Assembly (NCBI GenBank): GCA_050084985.1
Contig: JBITNC010000001.1
Location: forward strand, 28,148,001 to 28,212,000
Direction: 5' to 3'
Source: Nageia nagi
Lineage: Eukaryota > Plantae > Pinophyta
Length of the DNA stretch: 64,000 nt
Positions within the stretch are counted from its first letter, which is position 1. Every line of letters starts with the position of its first letter. Shown here piece after piece: positions 40,931-53,873 of this stretch. The notes under the pieces are model-generated. The model was not told where the DNA came from. It made no database searches and saw only the letters and a program-made list of their open reading frames with translations. Position numbers and translations under genes: made by a program.

Positions 40931-41949
40931 TATAGCAAATAATTGTTGTTGGAAAAGAAGGAACATCAAGCACCTTTAATACCTATAAATCTATAATTAA
41001 TTGAACCTTCCTCTTCAACTCTTTGTCAGCATATAATCTAGTCGGTCCAACTTTACATTGCCTAGGTTCTATTTTATTTTCAAACTATTATATTTCATAT
41101 AAATTTCATATCAAATAAAGAATTATATAAAGCCATGAAAGATAATGAAAGGCAACAAGATGATAAACTATTTTTTAATAATATTTCGAAGATTGAAATG
41201 TTAGAGGGGGAATTTGTTCATGAGTCATCGGGTTGAATCTTTCATTTATAATTATTCTTTTATTTGACTAATATAGTTGATATTTTTTTTTGGATTGTAT
41301 ATAAATTCGGGGATATGAAATGTGTAAAAGATATTATAGTGATTTGTGAAAAATATTATAATAATTATTTTTTATAAGTATAGAAAATTAAGTTACTAGT
41401 ATTTTTAGTTTTAAGGAGTATTCTAATGTTCAATAAAGAATAATGGATTTTTTCTATATAATATTTTTTTCAATTATCAGTTCAATTATTTAAGGTATTA
41501 ATGTTTCTAATATGTAAAGTTGATCTCGTTATTACATTTTATTTGAGATTGATTATAATAGTTTTTTATAAAAACTACCCTTCCATTATGAACAATCTAG
41601 GAATTAGATTTTGTTTACAAGGAGTTGTCTTCTATCAAATTCACTCAAGACCCCATCCACACATGCATTATCTCTTCAATAAGATTTTTGATTTCTTGTT
41701 TGCATATGTAGATGGAGATATTAGAACTTTTATTTCTCTCAACTGAGAGCTTTCCAACACCCACTTTCTCCCAACTCACCTAACATGAGTGGACTAGTAA
41801 TGTTGATTTTATGGCTTTGATTATAATTATTATTCCTCTTTTTTATACATTCGAAACATTAATATGCAGTTGATGGGATGATATTTGCATATAAGGAAGC
41901 TATTTATATAAGCATTGTTAATACTAAACATTGATTTTACTCAAATAAA

Positions 41950-43900
41950 TTAATTATAATGAAATAAAAGACTTGAATAAATTGTCAAGTACTTAGAAAT
42001 TACAATTTACAAGACTTAATTCTTTTCTACCCTAGACCTTATCAAATTTGAATAGAAATATTCTACAAACATATTGTTTATCTATTACAAATGGATCGTA
42101 GCTCATATTTGTATCTCACAAACCAAAGACAAGTTCCTCTTAAAGTTAGAACTATCTATCTTAAGTAAGTGTAATTCATTGATGCCCCATAGTACATCGT
42201 TCTCATCTCGGTGCCTTCAAATTCTTGTTTATTGTTAAGGTTCCTTATAACTATGTTATGCTTATACTAAGATATCGCAAAACAAGGAATGCAATAAGAA
42301 GGCTCAAATCCAAACATGATAGTTAGTGTTGAAAAGCATCATACATAGATTATAAAAGTTATTTATCAAGGCTTGGATTCTTATTGACATCATAATCCTT
42401 CCTCCCTTTATAGATGAAGTTCCACCATCTATCAAGATACATTGGCTAGCGCTCCTTAGTTGTATCACCAAAAAGATATGAAAGGAGTGAAATGCCTTTT
42501 ATTTTAGAAATATACCTTAAATATAATAATAATAAATAAGTAAAATAATAAACTAACTAGGATACATAAAACATAATTTTTAATTAAATAAAAAATCAAA
42601 TTTAGTTGCTAACAAATTCCCCTTTTGAATATGTTTTGAGGGATCAAGACATTCTTCAAAGAAAAACTTATAAATAAAAATAACAATATTCCATGTTCAC
42701 AATGACAACTTGGGGTTCCTTTTTTTAATACTTTGTTATTCTTCATAAATCAATACATTGACATCTCGTAGTGCATTATCATATGCCATTAATTCATATC
42801 ATGCCCCCTCTTTATAATCATTGTTGGAATGAAGGCCCAATCAAAATGGAAGGAAATAAGGAAAATAAGAGAATATACAATAACACAAAATAAAATACTA
42901 CACACGTATACATAGCAACCTATATTTCTCCTACTTCGCTTTTCAACATATCATATGAATCACCTTTATTAAAGTAAAGATGAAATATATGTGTGTGTAT
43001 CTTATATCTCATAAATCATCAATAAACTTCTTAAATATCAAAAATTGGAAAACAAAACCTATATGTCATTAATAACTTCTTAATATCTTAGCAATGTTAT
43101 AACCAAGTACTTAATGCCCAAGTATTAAAAAGGGTTTCCTCCCAAGAAAGATCTTCTTGTAAAACTTGACACACCTCCATTATTGAATATGCTAAAATTG
43201 GGACTATTTTGCCCCGAGTACCAAACAAGATACCTCTAAAGTGAGACTTTCTTATGATACTCAACACACCTTCATTAATGATAGTGTTAGAATTCAATAC
43301 TATTTACTCAAGTGTCAAATGGATTACCTCCCAAGCAAGACCTTCTTATAAAACTCTACACACCTCCACCACTAAAAGTGCTATAATTAAATACTTACAA
43401 CCTAAGTACCAAAAATGTGTAGCTTTCAAAATTTTAAAAATCCCTTAAATAAAATAAAATATATACGAGGATTCAAGGATACTACTTATGATCTCTTTAT
43501 GTTGGACTTGGGAACTCAATTCTAGCACCAACATGCTCAAGTAAAGCATCATCATTTTGAAACATATCAATGGAAATTGGAGCATTCAAACATAGGAACC
43601 AATATGAAAATGAATCACTTTGAATCATACATATTACACTAAAAATATCATATAAGAATGTCTCATCATCCTCTACATCCTCAACCAAAGGCTCATTAGT
43701 AGAAGGCTCTTCATACCCAATTTCGATAATCATTTTTTGTTATCCCAAATATTGAGAAAGAAGGAATTTCGTATTGATTATTTCCCAATCCTTTACTCCT
43801 ATAAACATATTTGTTCAGATAATTTATAATGAAATCATAATTTAGGTTCATATCTTCCAAATGCAATTTTATTCTCTCGTTCATTGCTCCTTTAGATTAT
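41950..43900 (-). mobile_element. Degenerate LTR retroelement 3' end
   Basis: Minus-strand PPT AAAAGGGGAATT followed by TGTTAG at 42614; imperfect direct repeats 43080-43400; limits uncertain. Confidence 0.4.
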
Positions 43901-46900
43901 TCTACCTTTGACATCTCTGATTTTGGTGTTATTTATATAGGAAGTCACTACCATTACACCAAAATAGACCTTTAAGGACACTTTTTAAATTAGTATTAAA
44001 TACCTTTACCAATGGTTTTTTAATAGTTGTATACCTATGTGTTATTAAAAATTTGATACTTTACAACAATAGTTCAAAACACTGTAAAAAATTACCTTAG
44101 TTTATACTTAGGACAATAATAAAAAATTATCTTAGGGTATTTTAGGGTTATTATTAACCATCGTAACAAGATATTTTACGATATTTAAAAACCATAGTAA
44201 AATAACCTAATATGATAGTGCCAATTGTCCTCCCAATGTATTTTTTGACGTTATGTAATTGCCTTAAATTAACAAAATATGATGGTTTATGATCACTCCA
44301 AAAGAACGTAAGATGGTAGTTATTAGTCATCATCTTACTATTACTTATAAAAAATGACACATTATCTCATGGAAAATAATGATTACAAATATCCCTAGAT
44401 CAGGATTTCTTAAGGAAGCTAAAAATCCTTTTTTTTTAGTGAAATGCAGCAAAAAGATAGAATCTCATGAAATGCAATGATCACGAGATATGTATATAAT
44501 AGGCATGGTTTAAAGGCTTTATAGTTTTTTCAAAAAATGCAAATGATTACTTTCATACTAGATTCAATAATCATTGCAAGTATGCAATGCAACTTCATTG
44601 TTTATATATGATATATAATAATTATTATTACAAGTATGTGGTAACTACCATTATGCAATACATTTTTCTCTCAAAAATGGTTGCACAAGAAATTATTGTA
44701 AGGGATGCCAACTTTTTTCACTACTTCAAGGATGGATGATGTTCATGTGGTGATTGCTAGTAATTGACCAAAGGGTATTTATTATAAAAATGGAATTAAA
44801 CTTTTTATAAAAAATGGTTTGTTTTAGGAAAGTTTTAACTATAGTGATCTTATCGTTGTTTTGTAGGTAGGCAATCATACAAGCACAATCTCCTCGGGAA
44901 TTCATCCCAACCTATTATTAGATTGGAAAAAAACTTTAAATCTTAAAGGGTGATTTTAAGGCTATAGTTTTTTTATAAGGGTATATTTATTAATGGGTTT
45001 TTTATACAAGGGCCCAAAACCTATTTTTACAAAATATCATCATATTTTGAATACAATATCAAGATGAAACAAAATTGCAGTAATTATATATATTTATCCT
45101 AGTTCTTAGCATTAGAGCATGGGGTATTGATGTTACTACGATCACCACAGTCTTCTTCCTCGTTTAGAACTCTCACAAAACTATCAAAATTTATATTATT
45201 ATTTATTACATGTCTTGAATTGCTTAATTCCTTGAATGTTTGTAAGGTTGTCATATATGCTTACATGAATTCATAATATTTTTGTATCGGTTATTTCATA
45301 TGGATGTACTCCTTTTTTACAACTACTATCACTTCCCATAGCTTTCCCCCCAACTTCCTCTTTGCATAAACATCATCATAGTGAGCTCTTATTTTCTATC
45401 ACACTTCATTCTTTCGAAGAAGAATCATAATCTACCTCATTGTATTTCGTTTTGGGCCTCTCCATGCTATGGACCTACATCTCCAAGCTCCACACTGCTT
45501 GCTTCCCTTTTGAATCCTATGAACCAAATGAGATCCCACTTATAATGTGGCTTCTACCCATGAAGTGCACATCCTCCCCTTTTGAGGGAAAGTATTTGTA
45601 AAAAGTTGATCCTCTCAAATGACTAGAGGACTCGTATGAATATAAGAGGATAACACTTAGGGATGATGATAGTGGAGGGTGAACTATATAGGGAATTAAG
45701 GAAGGTGGGCATATCAAGGATGGGGAAGTGATGGTGGTGGCTAAAGAGGGGAGGAGGGAAGGTTATTAAGAGGAGATGGGTTAAGGATAAATTATTATCG
45801 AGGAACTACAAATATTGTTGGAATGTATAATGCATTATTGTAAAGGTTGTATTAAATCTTTTATGTAAATTCACTAATATTTAAGGGTATCATTTGATAC
45901 CTTAAGTATTTAAGTGAATATGATAATGTAACTTATCCTACACTCCATGTTATGAACATGCCCCTTAGGTAAAAGGATGTGCATGTCATGCTTTTGTACA
46001 TTGGATAAAAGGTGATCTAAAAAGGGATTTTGGCCTATAAATAGAAGGCTCCCTCATTGCGATCATACACCAATTGTGGAGTAAAGTTATGCTATAGGAT
46101 AGAAGTGTAGGAGTTGAGATTAGGAGGATTGTGAGAGAGTTTTATTTGTGATTGAAGTAAAGATCTAGTTAGTGGATGTACTCCTAGTTGGAGGAACCAC
46201 TTTACATCTTGAGTTACTTTATGAGATTATCTTATGTGTCAATTTGTTATATGTGAATTTGAGAGCTTTCATGTGATCTTGGTTGTTTAGTATTGTTCTT
46301 GTTATAGTTCAATTCACACATTTGGTATCAGAGCTTGGTGTGGAAGCTCCTCTTCTTAAAGGTATTCTTTCCTCATCTTACACTTCATCGTTGAGGTAAA
46401 CTAAGAGAAGGTATCAATCCCTTTCCTCTTGGTTATTATTCTTTATTCTTGAATCATGCTACTAACATAATATTCGCTATGTGTTAGTTCTCTTAAGCAT
46501 AAAATGACTAACAAAATTGCAAAAATTGTTAGTTAATTCTAACCTCCTGTGATACTTGCAATTTTTTCTTAATTACTATAAGTTTTTAAGAGAAGGGGTT
46601 ATTACACAAATTTTGTGTAATATTACAAAGATAATATTACAAAATAGTTTAAAATGCAATTTTGTTTAGCATTTTTTATTAAATACTAACCTTTTTTTGT
46701 TAGGTGTTTTTTTTTTCAAAAAGGGTTAATGAACAAATTGCAATTTTTTTTTTATGATATAATGTCATATTTCAAAATACATCTTTTTTGAATATGCATT
46801 TTTAAAAAAATGTAGAAATGTCAAGGTTTAAACTATTTTGTTAATATTTTTTTCTTATAATACATATATATTCAAAAAGGCTGTCTCTCTTCCCTCTATG

Positions 46901-48969
46901 GTGACTTAGCAGTGGTGCCACCAAAAATGGCTCTCACTTGTTTAGCACCAGTGCCAAAGTTCACTCAACCTTGCTCCCCATCATGTCCATGCGAGAGGAG
47001 AGATGAAGAGGGCCATTCATCCCAAACCAAGCTCAACCCTTGCCCAATTGTCTTTTCTCCTTTACGACCTTCTTACAATGTCACAGCCTCCTTTCTTCCC
47101 TGCATGATCTTTTCCTTTACATATTGATAGGCTTTTTTTTATCTTTGCATATTACTTGCAACCTTGCAGGTCTCTCCTCCACACGGTCTTCCTTTTCTGC
47201 ACTATTACTTTTGCAAAACATTTTAACCCCTCCTCTACACACATTTTATTTGCATGACCTCGCAACCTCTCACTGCTCACAGCTTTGTGCCCATGTGATT
47301 GGCAATCATCAATCTCCTTTCATGGTGTGGCTAGTGACCATCAACCTCCACCACCTTGCCCATCAATTTTTTTCTCTTCCTTAAGTGCTATGTCGCTCAG
47401 TTCCCACCCCAACCTCATCGAGTGAATGGGTTGTAGGCATCACTTCTTTAGTTAGTAGGTCCCTCTCATCCCTCCTTGTTGCATAGTGATAGACTCCATA
47501 CTAAAACCATTTTTAACTACGTTTGCATCATTTTGGTTTGACCTGCCTTTAAACAATTCCCAGGCCTTGTGTATTCTTTCACATTTTTCATAGATGGCTA
47601 TCAGGGCATTCACAACCACAACATACGATGAAGAACCATTTTTAACTACTCTTTAATGGATGTCCATACTAAAACCTTTGCCCCCCCTAACACCTACTTT
47701 GCAACCTATCCAAGCTTGGCCCTGTTGCTCAGACCTTTCCTATCATGCTCAGACCTATTGCTCTCCATGTGAAACATTACAATGTAGACTACTTCAATGG
47801 CCTGTCTGCAAAATCAAGGGAGCTCAACAACTCCCTGGCGAGCCTTTTCTCCCTACATGGCCCCTTGCTCATGGCTCCTTGCTTTAGTCAAGGTTCATTT
47901 AATTTTTTTAACTTTCTTGCATGTTAGGGGAAACTTATTTAATACACATAAGAAATACTAACTCTTTTTGCAAAACATATACTCCAAATTTAATGCATAT
48001 GCACTTGCCCATTATAAGTTGCATTTAATATGTCATCATTACTTGCTCTCATTTTTTATGGAAATGAGGTAAATATAATGGGAATTTTTTAAATACACAT
48101 ATGCTTACATAATTTTTTTAATATTAAGAGGAAATATGTTTACTTATTCTTTGTTAAGAAAAAATGAAGAAATTTTTATATAGGAGTATAATTTTGCCTT
48201 AGTGATACCTCAGAAGTATGGTAATTTTTTTTTTGGCAAAATGATAATTGTTTAGTGTAAACATTTTGTTTACTAAAGTAAAACTAGCAATTTTGTTTAA
48301 CCTAAGTATCTATTGAAGAGATAATGTAGCCTAAAATTTTTAAGTGAATAGGAGGGATGAATTTTTATGTGTTTTTTGCTTAAAAATATTAGAGTTTTTT
48401 TTTTTATGAATAAATGCATGTCTAAATTTTTTAAATCTCTCTATGCACTCACTTTCTTATGCAAAGTTAATGGATTAACTTATGCAAACTATGGAATGCT
48501 ACATGCTTCTTGGAATAATATTACTTAATTTAATGGAATAATGTATACTCATGCTTACTACTTAAATTGCATGTTATGCTTAGTACTTGAATTTTATGCA
48601 TGCTTAATACTTATTTGTTAAGTTAATGCATGTTTATGCTTAAAAGATCCATGTTTAGTATTTAAATGTTTAAGTTAATTTTTTAAGTTAGATGTTTAAT
48701 ATTTTTTTTAATAATGCATGCTTATTACTTAAAATCTTAAGTTATGATGCAAACTACTTCCTTATGCAAGAATGGATTTGTGCAAAATTTGGATTGCTAT
48801 AATGATGTCCTTTATGGGTTAGCAAACAAAACCCATTGGACACTTAGGTTTCAAGTTATGAATGGATGATAATTAATTTTATGCTCTTTTACTTCATGTT
48901 TCACATCTTACTTTATTTACTTATGCAAAAATCATAAACATTGATATGAGTAGCCCTTAAAATGAACAC

Positions 48970-49180
48970 ATCTGCATGTACATTTTGCAACATGACTTAC
49001 TTGGGGAGCCATGAGGTGAGGACAGGCAGATTGGATCCTTTAAGTTCGATGATCCAAGTGGTGAAAAGTTCATATTTCTTAATTGCCCCTAAGTCTTCTA
49101 ATGGTCTGGACATAACTCTATTAGGTGGACAGGCATGTGTGTAGTGATACCACATGTCCGCATGTCCATTCAGAGATTAT
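48970..49180 (+). ncRNA. Putative structured cis-acting RNA domain in copia 5' leader (copy 1)
   Basis: Four stems supported by compensatory changes against copy 2 (60780-60988); GUGA tetraloop. Confidence 0.65.
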
Positions 49181-49579
49181 CTTAATAACCTAGAAGGAAA
49201 ACTTGAAATCTAATCAACATCAATAATTTGGTCGATCCAATAAATATCAAAACTTTGAAAAATAGCTAGTACTTCTCCTTGTGAGAATGTATTGCTACCC
49301 AAGAGGAACTAATTGAGGATTGGTAGTACTTGGGCTCCTCTTATGTGGGCATCCAAGTGAAACCTTAATTTTAGATAAGAAAACAAGCTCAACAATGTCA
49401 CTCCACATCTACAGTTCTTGAGATGAGAAATGTATTTAGGTACATGGGTTATTATTTGAATTGTAAAATATTTTCATTTATGAATCAAATCAAGCATGTC
49501 TTTAGTGTTAAATGTAACATGTATTATTTACTTGGTTTATTGAAAACACATGCATATTATTTCATATTTTTTGTAGCAA

Positions 49580-52500
49580 ATGGGAGAATCCTTTTTACCC
49601 AAATACATACTTTATGGTTTCAACTATGGGATTTGAAAACCTCATATGAAAACCAAATTACAAGCAAGAAAGCTATGGCAAATAGTGAATAAGAAAATGG
49701 TACCTCCTACAGATGAGAAGGCACTAAAGACTTACAACATAAAAAATGAGTTAGTAACCTCCATGATTTACCATGTACTTTTAGATGATGTGCTCCTGAT
49801 GATATCCTCTTCAACCTCAGCAAAAGAATCATGGGATAAGTTAAAGCAAATCTACCTTGGTTCAAACTTTTCAAGAAGGTTTACCATTCTCCAAAAGTTA
49901 CTTCAATCTCATCAAGGGGAAGATGAAAATGTGGTTATATACTTGAATAAAATCATTAACCTAAGGACCCAATTTGTTGCTTATGGGTGCAATTGGATTA
50001 ATGATGAGTTTATGGTCTTCATCATTCTTCAAGGCCTCTCTTCAAAGTTTGGAAACTTTGTAACAATTATGGAAATAAGGCTTGATGATGAAGAAGAAAT
50101 CTCCTTTGAGAACCTGTCTAGGTACCTATTGAAGCATAAAGAAACTCTTAACAATAAAAGGTTGATTTCTTCTCCTAAATATAATAACATTGCTCTTAGA
50201 CCAACCAAAACTCCTTTTAAGAAGAAGTTCAACCATCAAAAGAAATCTCACCCTTCTTCCTCCAAAAGGTTTGAGAAAAGAGGCAGTGGTTACAACAGCA
50301 ATAAGAATAATAAAAACAACAACCATAGTAGTAGGAACAATGGTAAAAACATTCATTTCAAGCAAAAAAATGGAAAAGGCAAAGTAAACACTCCTTATCT
50401 TAAGGAAAAGTTTGATGGCAATTGTAACTATTATGGCATTCAAGGTCACAAAGAAGTTGATTGTTACAAAAAGAAAAGAGGGAAAAAGTATAAAGCTAAT
50501 GGAAATGTAAAGAACTACAAATGAAAGAAAAATATTTATGTTGGTTTTATTATGACACTCTACTCCATGTCTCGCACTTTTTCATCATAATGGATTGTTG
50601 ACTCTGGTTGCACTAATCACTTATGCTTTGAAAAGGAAGAATTTAAGAACTTTCACAAGTATAAAAAAGATGTGGTTGTGATAGGTAATAACTCCATATT
50701 TGAAGTCCAAGGAATTGGGAATTTGTTAATTTATGAAAAAGATCTTGAAAATGTTCTCTATGTTCCTAAGTTAAGGATGAACCTTCTCTTCATGATCCAA
50801 GTTGCTAGAAAAGGGTACTCTTTTGAGTTTGACTCTCATTCCTAGTGCATTAAGAAAGGACTTAGCACATTGGTTAAAGGATCAGTAAAATGTAACCTAT
50901 ACATTATGGATCAAGTTCCATCAAAGATGTGTCTTACTTCTAATGTGTGTTCTAAAGGTAATATTTAGCATCATCATTTAGGGCACCTTAACTACAAGAG
51001 TATTCAAATCATGAAAGACCAAGAACTTGTGGAATGTCTGCCTTATATGTCTCCTTCAGTTGGTCTATGTAAGAAGTGCATTCTTGGTAAGATGCATAGA
51101 TAAAAGTTTGAAAAAATATAAGGCAAAAAGGGTATCTGAACCTCTTCAACTTATGCATTTAGATTTGATGGGTCTATTTTAGACTAAGTCACTTGGAGGA
51201 GCATCTTACAGCTTAACTTTCATTGGTGACTTTATTAAGATGACCTTTGGGTATCTACTTGAGCACAAAGATCAAAACTTTGAAATTTTTAAGGTTTTTA
51301 AGGCCTTTGTTGAGAATCAAACTAACTTTAAAATCAAGATGTTGAGATTAGATAATGGAGGAGAATATTGTAAGTATGGAATCAAGAGACAATTTATGAT
51401 TCCTTACAATCCTTAGCAGAATGGTGTTATTGAACAAAAAAATAGAATAATCATGGAGATGGATAGATGCATGTTTGGTAATCTTCCTAAGTTCTTATAG
51501 GGTGAAGCTGTGAGCACTGCTATTTACACCTTGAATAGGTATCCTATAAAATTCATTCAGAGAAAAACTCCTTTTGAGGTATTATTAGGAAGAAAACCTA
51601 ACATTTCTCACCTTAGGGTGTTTAGTTGTGAAGCATTATCCTATATTGTTTATGAGAAAAGGAAAAAGTTGGACAAAAGAGCTAAAAAATGCATCTTTGT
51701 AAGTTATAACAGTTAGCATAGAGGCTATAGGCTTTACTCTCCATCTTATAAAGCAGCGTTTATTTCAAAAGATGTAAAATTTAATGAATGTCCTAAAGAA
51801 TATTTTTATAATGAGGATGTTGATGTTAAGAGGACTCTTCAGTTGCACCTAACTAGTTCGATATTGATATAGATAAGTCACCTTAGGAACAAAATTCTCC
51901 AACATAAAGGATAACTAGGAGCATGACCTTGAATGAATTCTTAATTGCTAAGATTAACAACAAGCATGAGCCCTCAACCTTCAAAGAAGCTTCTAAGCAT
52001 GAGTGCTAGAAGGAAGCCATGAAAGTGGAGTTAAAGGTGTTTATGAAAAATAAAACTTGGGACTTGGTTCTTTATTTTAATGAGAAGAATATGATTGGCA
52101 ATAAGTAGATCTACAAGGTCAAGTTCAATTTAGTTGAAGATATTAAAAAATACAAGGCAAAGTTAGTAGCTAAAGGTTTTGCTCATAAATACAATGTAGA
52201 TTATGATGAAACCTTTGGTCCCATGGCAAAGATGCCTACTGTAAAGATTATCCTTACTCTTTCTACAACTCAAGGATAGAAAGTTTTTGAACTTGATGTT
52301 AAAAGTGCATTTATCAATGGTGACTTAGATGTAAAAATCTTCATGAATCAACCAGAAGGGTTTATTATGGAGGGCAAAGAGTACTTTATGTGTAAACTAA
52401 AGAAGTCATTATATGGACTTAAGCAAGCACCTTGAGCTTGGTATAAAAAGATTTCAAAGTACTTTGTAAACATTAAATTCTCCAAGTGTTTTACTGACTC

Positions 52501-53514
52501 CCATCTATATGTGCTCAATCAAGGGAAAGACATGGTCTTGATTATCCTTTATGTGGATGATCTTTTGATAACTGTGAATAATGATGAAATCATTCAAGAG
52601 TGCATATCCAAACTTAATGTAATGTTTAAAATGATTGATCTTGGTCTCTTGCACTATTATTTTGGAATACAAGTGTATCAATAGAAGGATTATACTTACC
52701 TCAATCAATTTAAGTATATATCAGACATATTGTAAAAGTTTAGAATGAAGGAGTGTAGATATGCCGAGATCCTAGTCTCTTATGGAATCACTATTTCTCT
52801 GAGCTCCAACTTTTAGTTAGCTGATGCTATAGCTTACAGGTAATTAATTGGTAGTCTTTTGTATTTGACTATATCCAAATTAGATATTACCTTTGTAGTG
52901 AATCTGATGGCATGATTCATGCAAAAATCATATGTTAAGCATCTTAATGCTATTAAGCAAATCTTGAGATATGTTGCAAGGACTAAGGATCTTCCTCTCA
53001 AGTATTCTAAGTTGCCTTCATTTGTTCTCTCTTGATTCTTAAATTCTAACTATAGGGGAGATAAAGATGATAGGAAATCAACCTGTACGTATATGTTTAG
53101 CATTGGTTCAGGTGCTATCTTTTGGGCTTCCAAGAAGTAACCTACTATTTTTCTTTCCACCATAGAAGCTAAATACTATGTCATGTCTGTTGTAGCCCAA
53201 AAAGCGTTTGGTTAAGGCATCTATTGAAAGAAATTAGATACGAGCAAGGTGGCTCATCATTGATTTCTTTAGATAATTAATCGATTATTTCTTTAGATAG
53301 GACTCTTGTGTTCCATTAGAGAATAAAACGTGTAAAAATCCATTTCTATTTTATCAAAGAGAAGGTTCTTGATGGCATCATACACCTAGAGTATTGTACA
53401 TCCACCTTAAACTCTGTTGATTTATTCACCAAGCCCCTCTGAGAATCTTAATTCTGTAAGCTTATTGATGCTATCAGGTTGGTGAAGTTGCCCTTAAGGG
53501 GGAGTGAAATTTGA
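49580..53514 (+). pseudogene. copia gag-pol pseudogene (copy 1)
   Basis: gag AKESWDKLKQIY and zinc knuckle CNY.G..GHKEVDC; protease WIVDSGCTNHLC; integrase HLDLMG and LRLDNGGEY; RT KAKLVAKGF, LDVKSAF, LYVDDLL; RNase H SWASKK and DLFTKPL; many stops and frameshifts. Confidence 0.93.
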
Positions 53515-53670
53515 ATTCTTATGTTAAATTCATGTTTGTGATGACAACCTCACCCTTAGGAGGATTTTATGCTATATAGTGTTGATTTTGTTTTACACCT
53601 TCATGGTAAGTTTGCTTTGCATGAGGAACTTGTACAAATTTTTAAAGCAAAATATTAGCCAATCTAACAC

Positions 53671-53873
53671 TATTTAGTTATCCATGTGTGAGGAACTTTT
53701 ATGTGTCTTTTGACATTATTCAGTTATCCATATGTGAGGAACTCGTATGTGCATGCTCTATTTTGGTTAATTTGGTACTGTTCAGTTATCAATGTGTGAG
53801 GAACACTTATGTGTCTTTTAGCATTATTCAGTTATCCATATGTGAGGAACTTGTATGTGCATGCTCTATTTTG
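53671..53873 (+). repeat. Tandem repeat in copia 3' UTR: four ~27-bp cores arranged as a 108-bp dimer x2
   Basis: tattcagttatccatatgtgaggaac-like cores at 53671, 53717, 53779 and 53825 (spacing 46/62/46). Confidence 0.85.

Noticed and set aside
43946-44441. Possible CACTA element (cattacaccaaaatag ... ttttagtg)
   Set aside because: The termini match poorly, and no 3-bp TSD or transposase remnant was found.
49046-49068. Hammerhead-like core TCGATGA...GAAA (also TTGATGA...GAAAC near 60991-61018)
   Set aside because: The core is not CUGANGA, stems I and III cannot be built, and these bases pair in other hairpins.
49107-49168. Alternative pairing of loop UGGACAU with AUGUCCA (RNA switch or pseudoknot)
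   Set aside because: Perfect in copy 1 but broken in copy 2, so it is not supported by conservation.
53671-53873. CRISPR-like repeat/spacer pattern
   Set aside because: The spacers repeat (108-bp dimer), the context is a plant retrotransposon UTR, and there are no cas genes.
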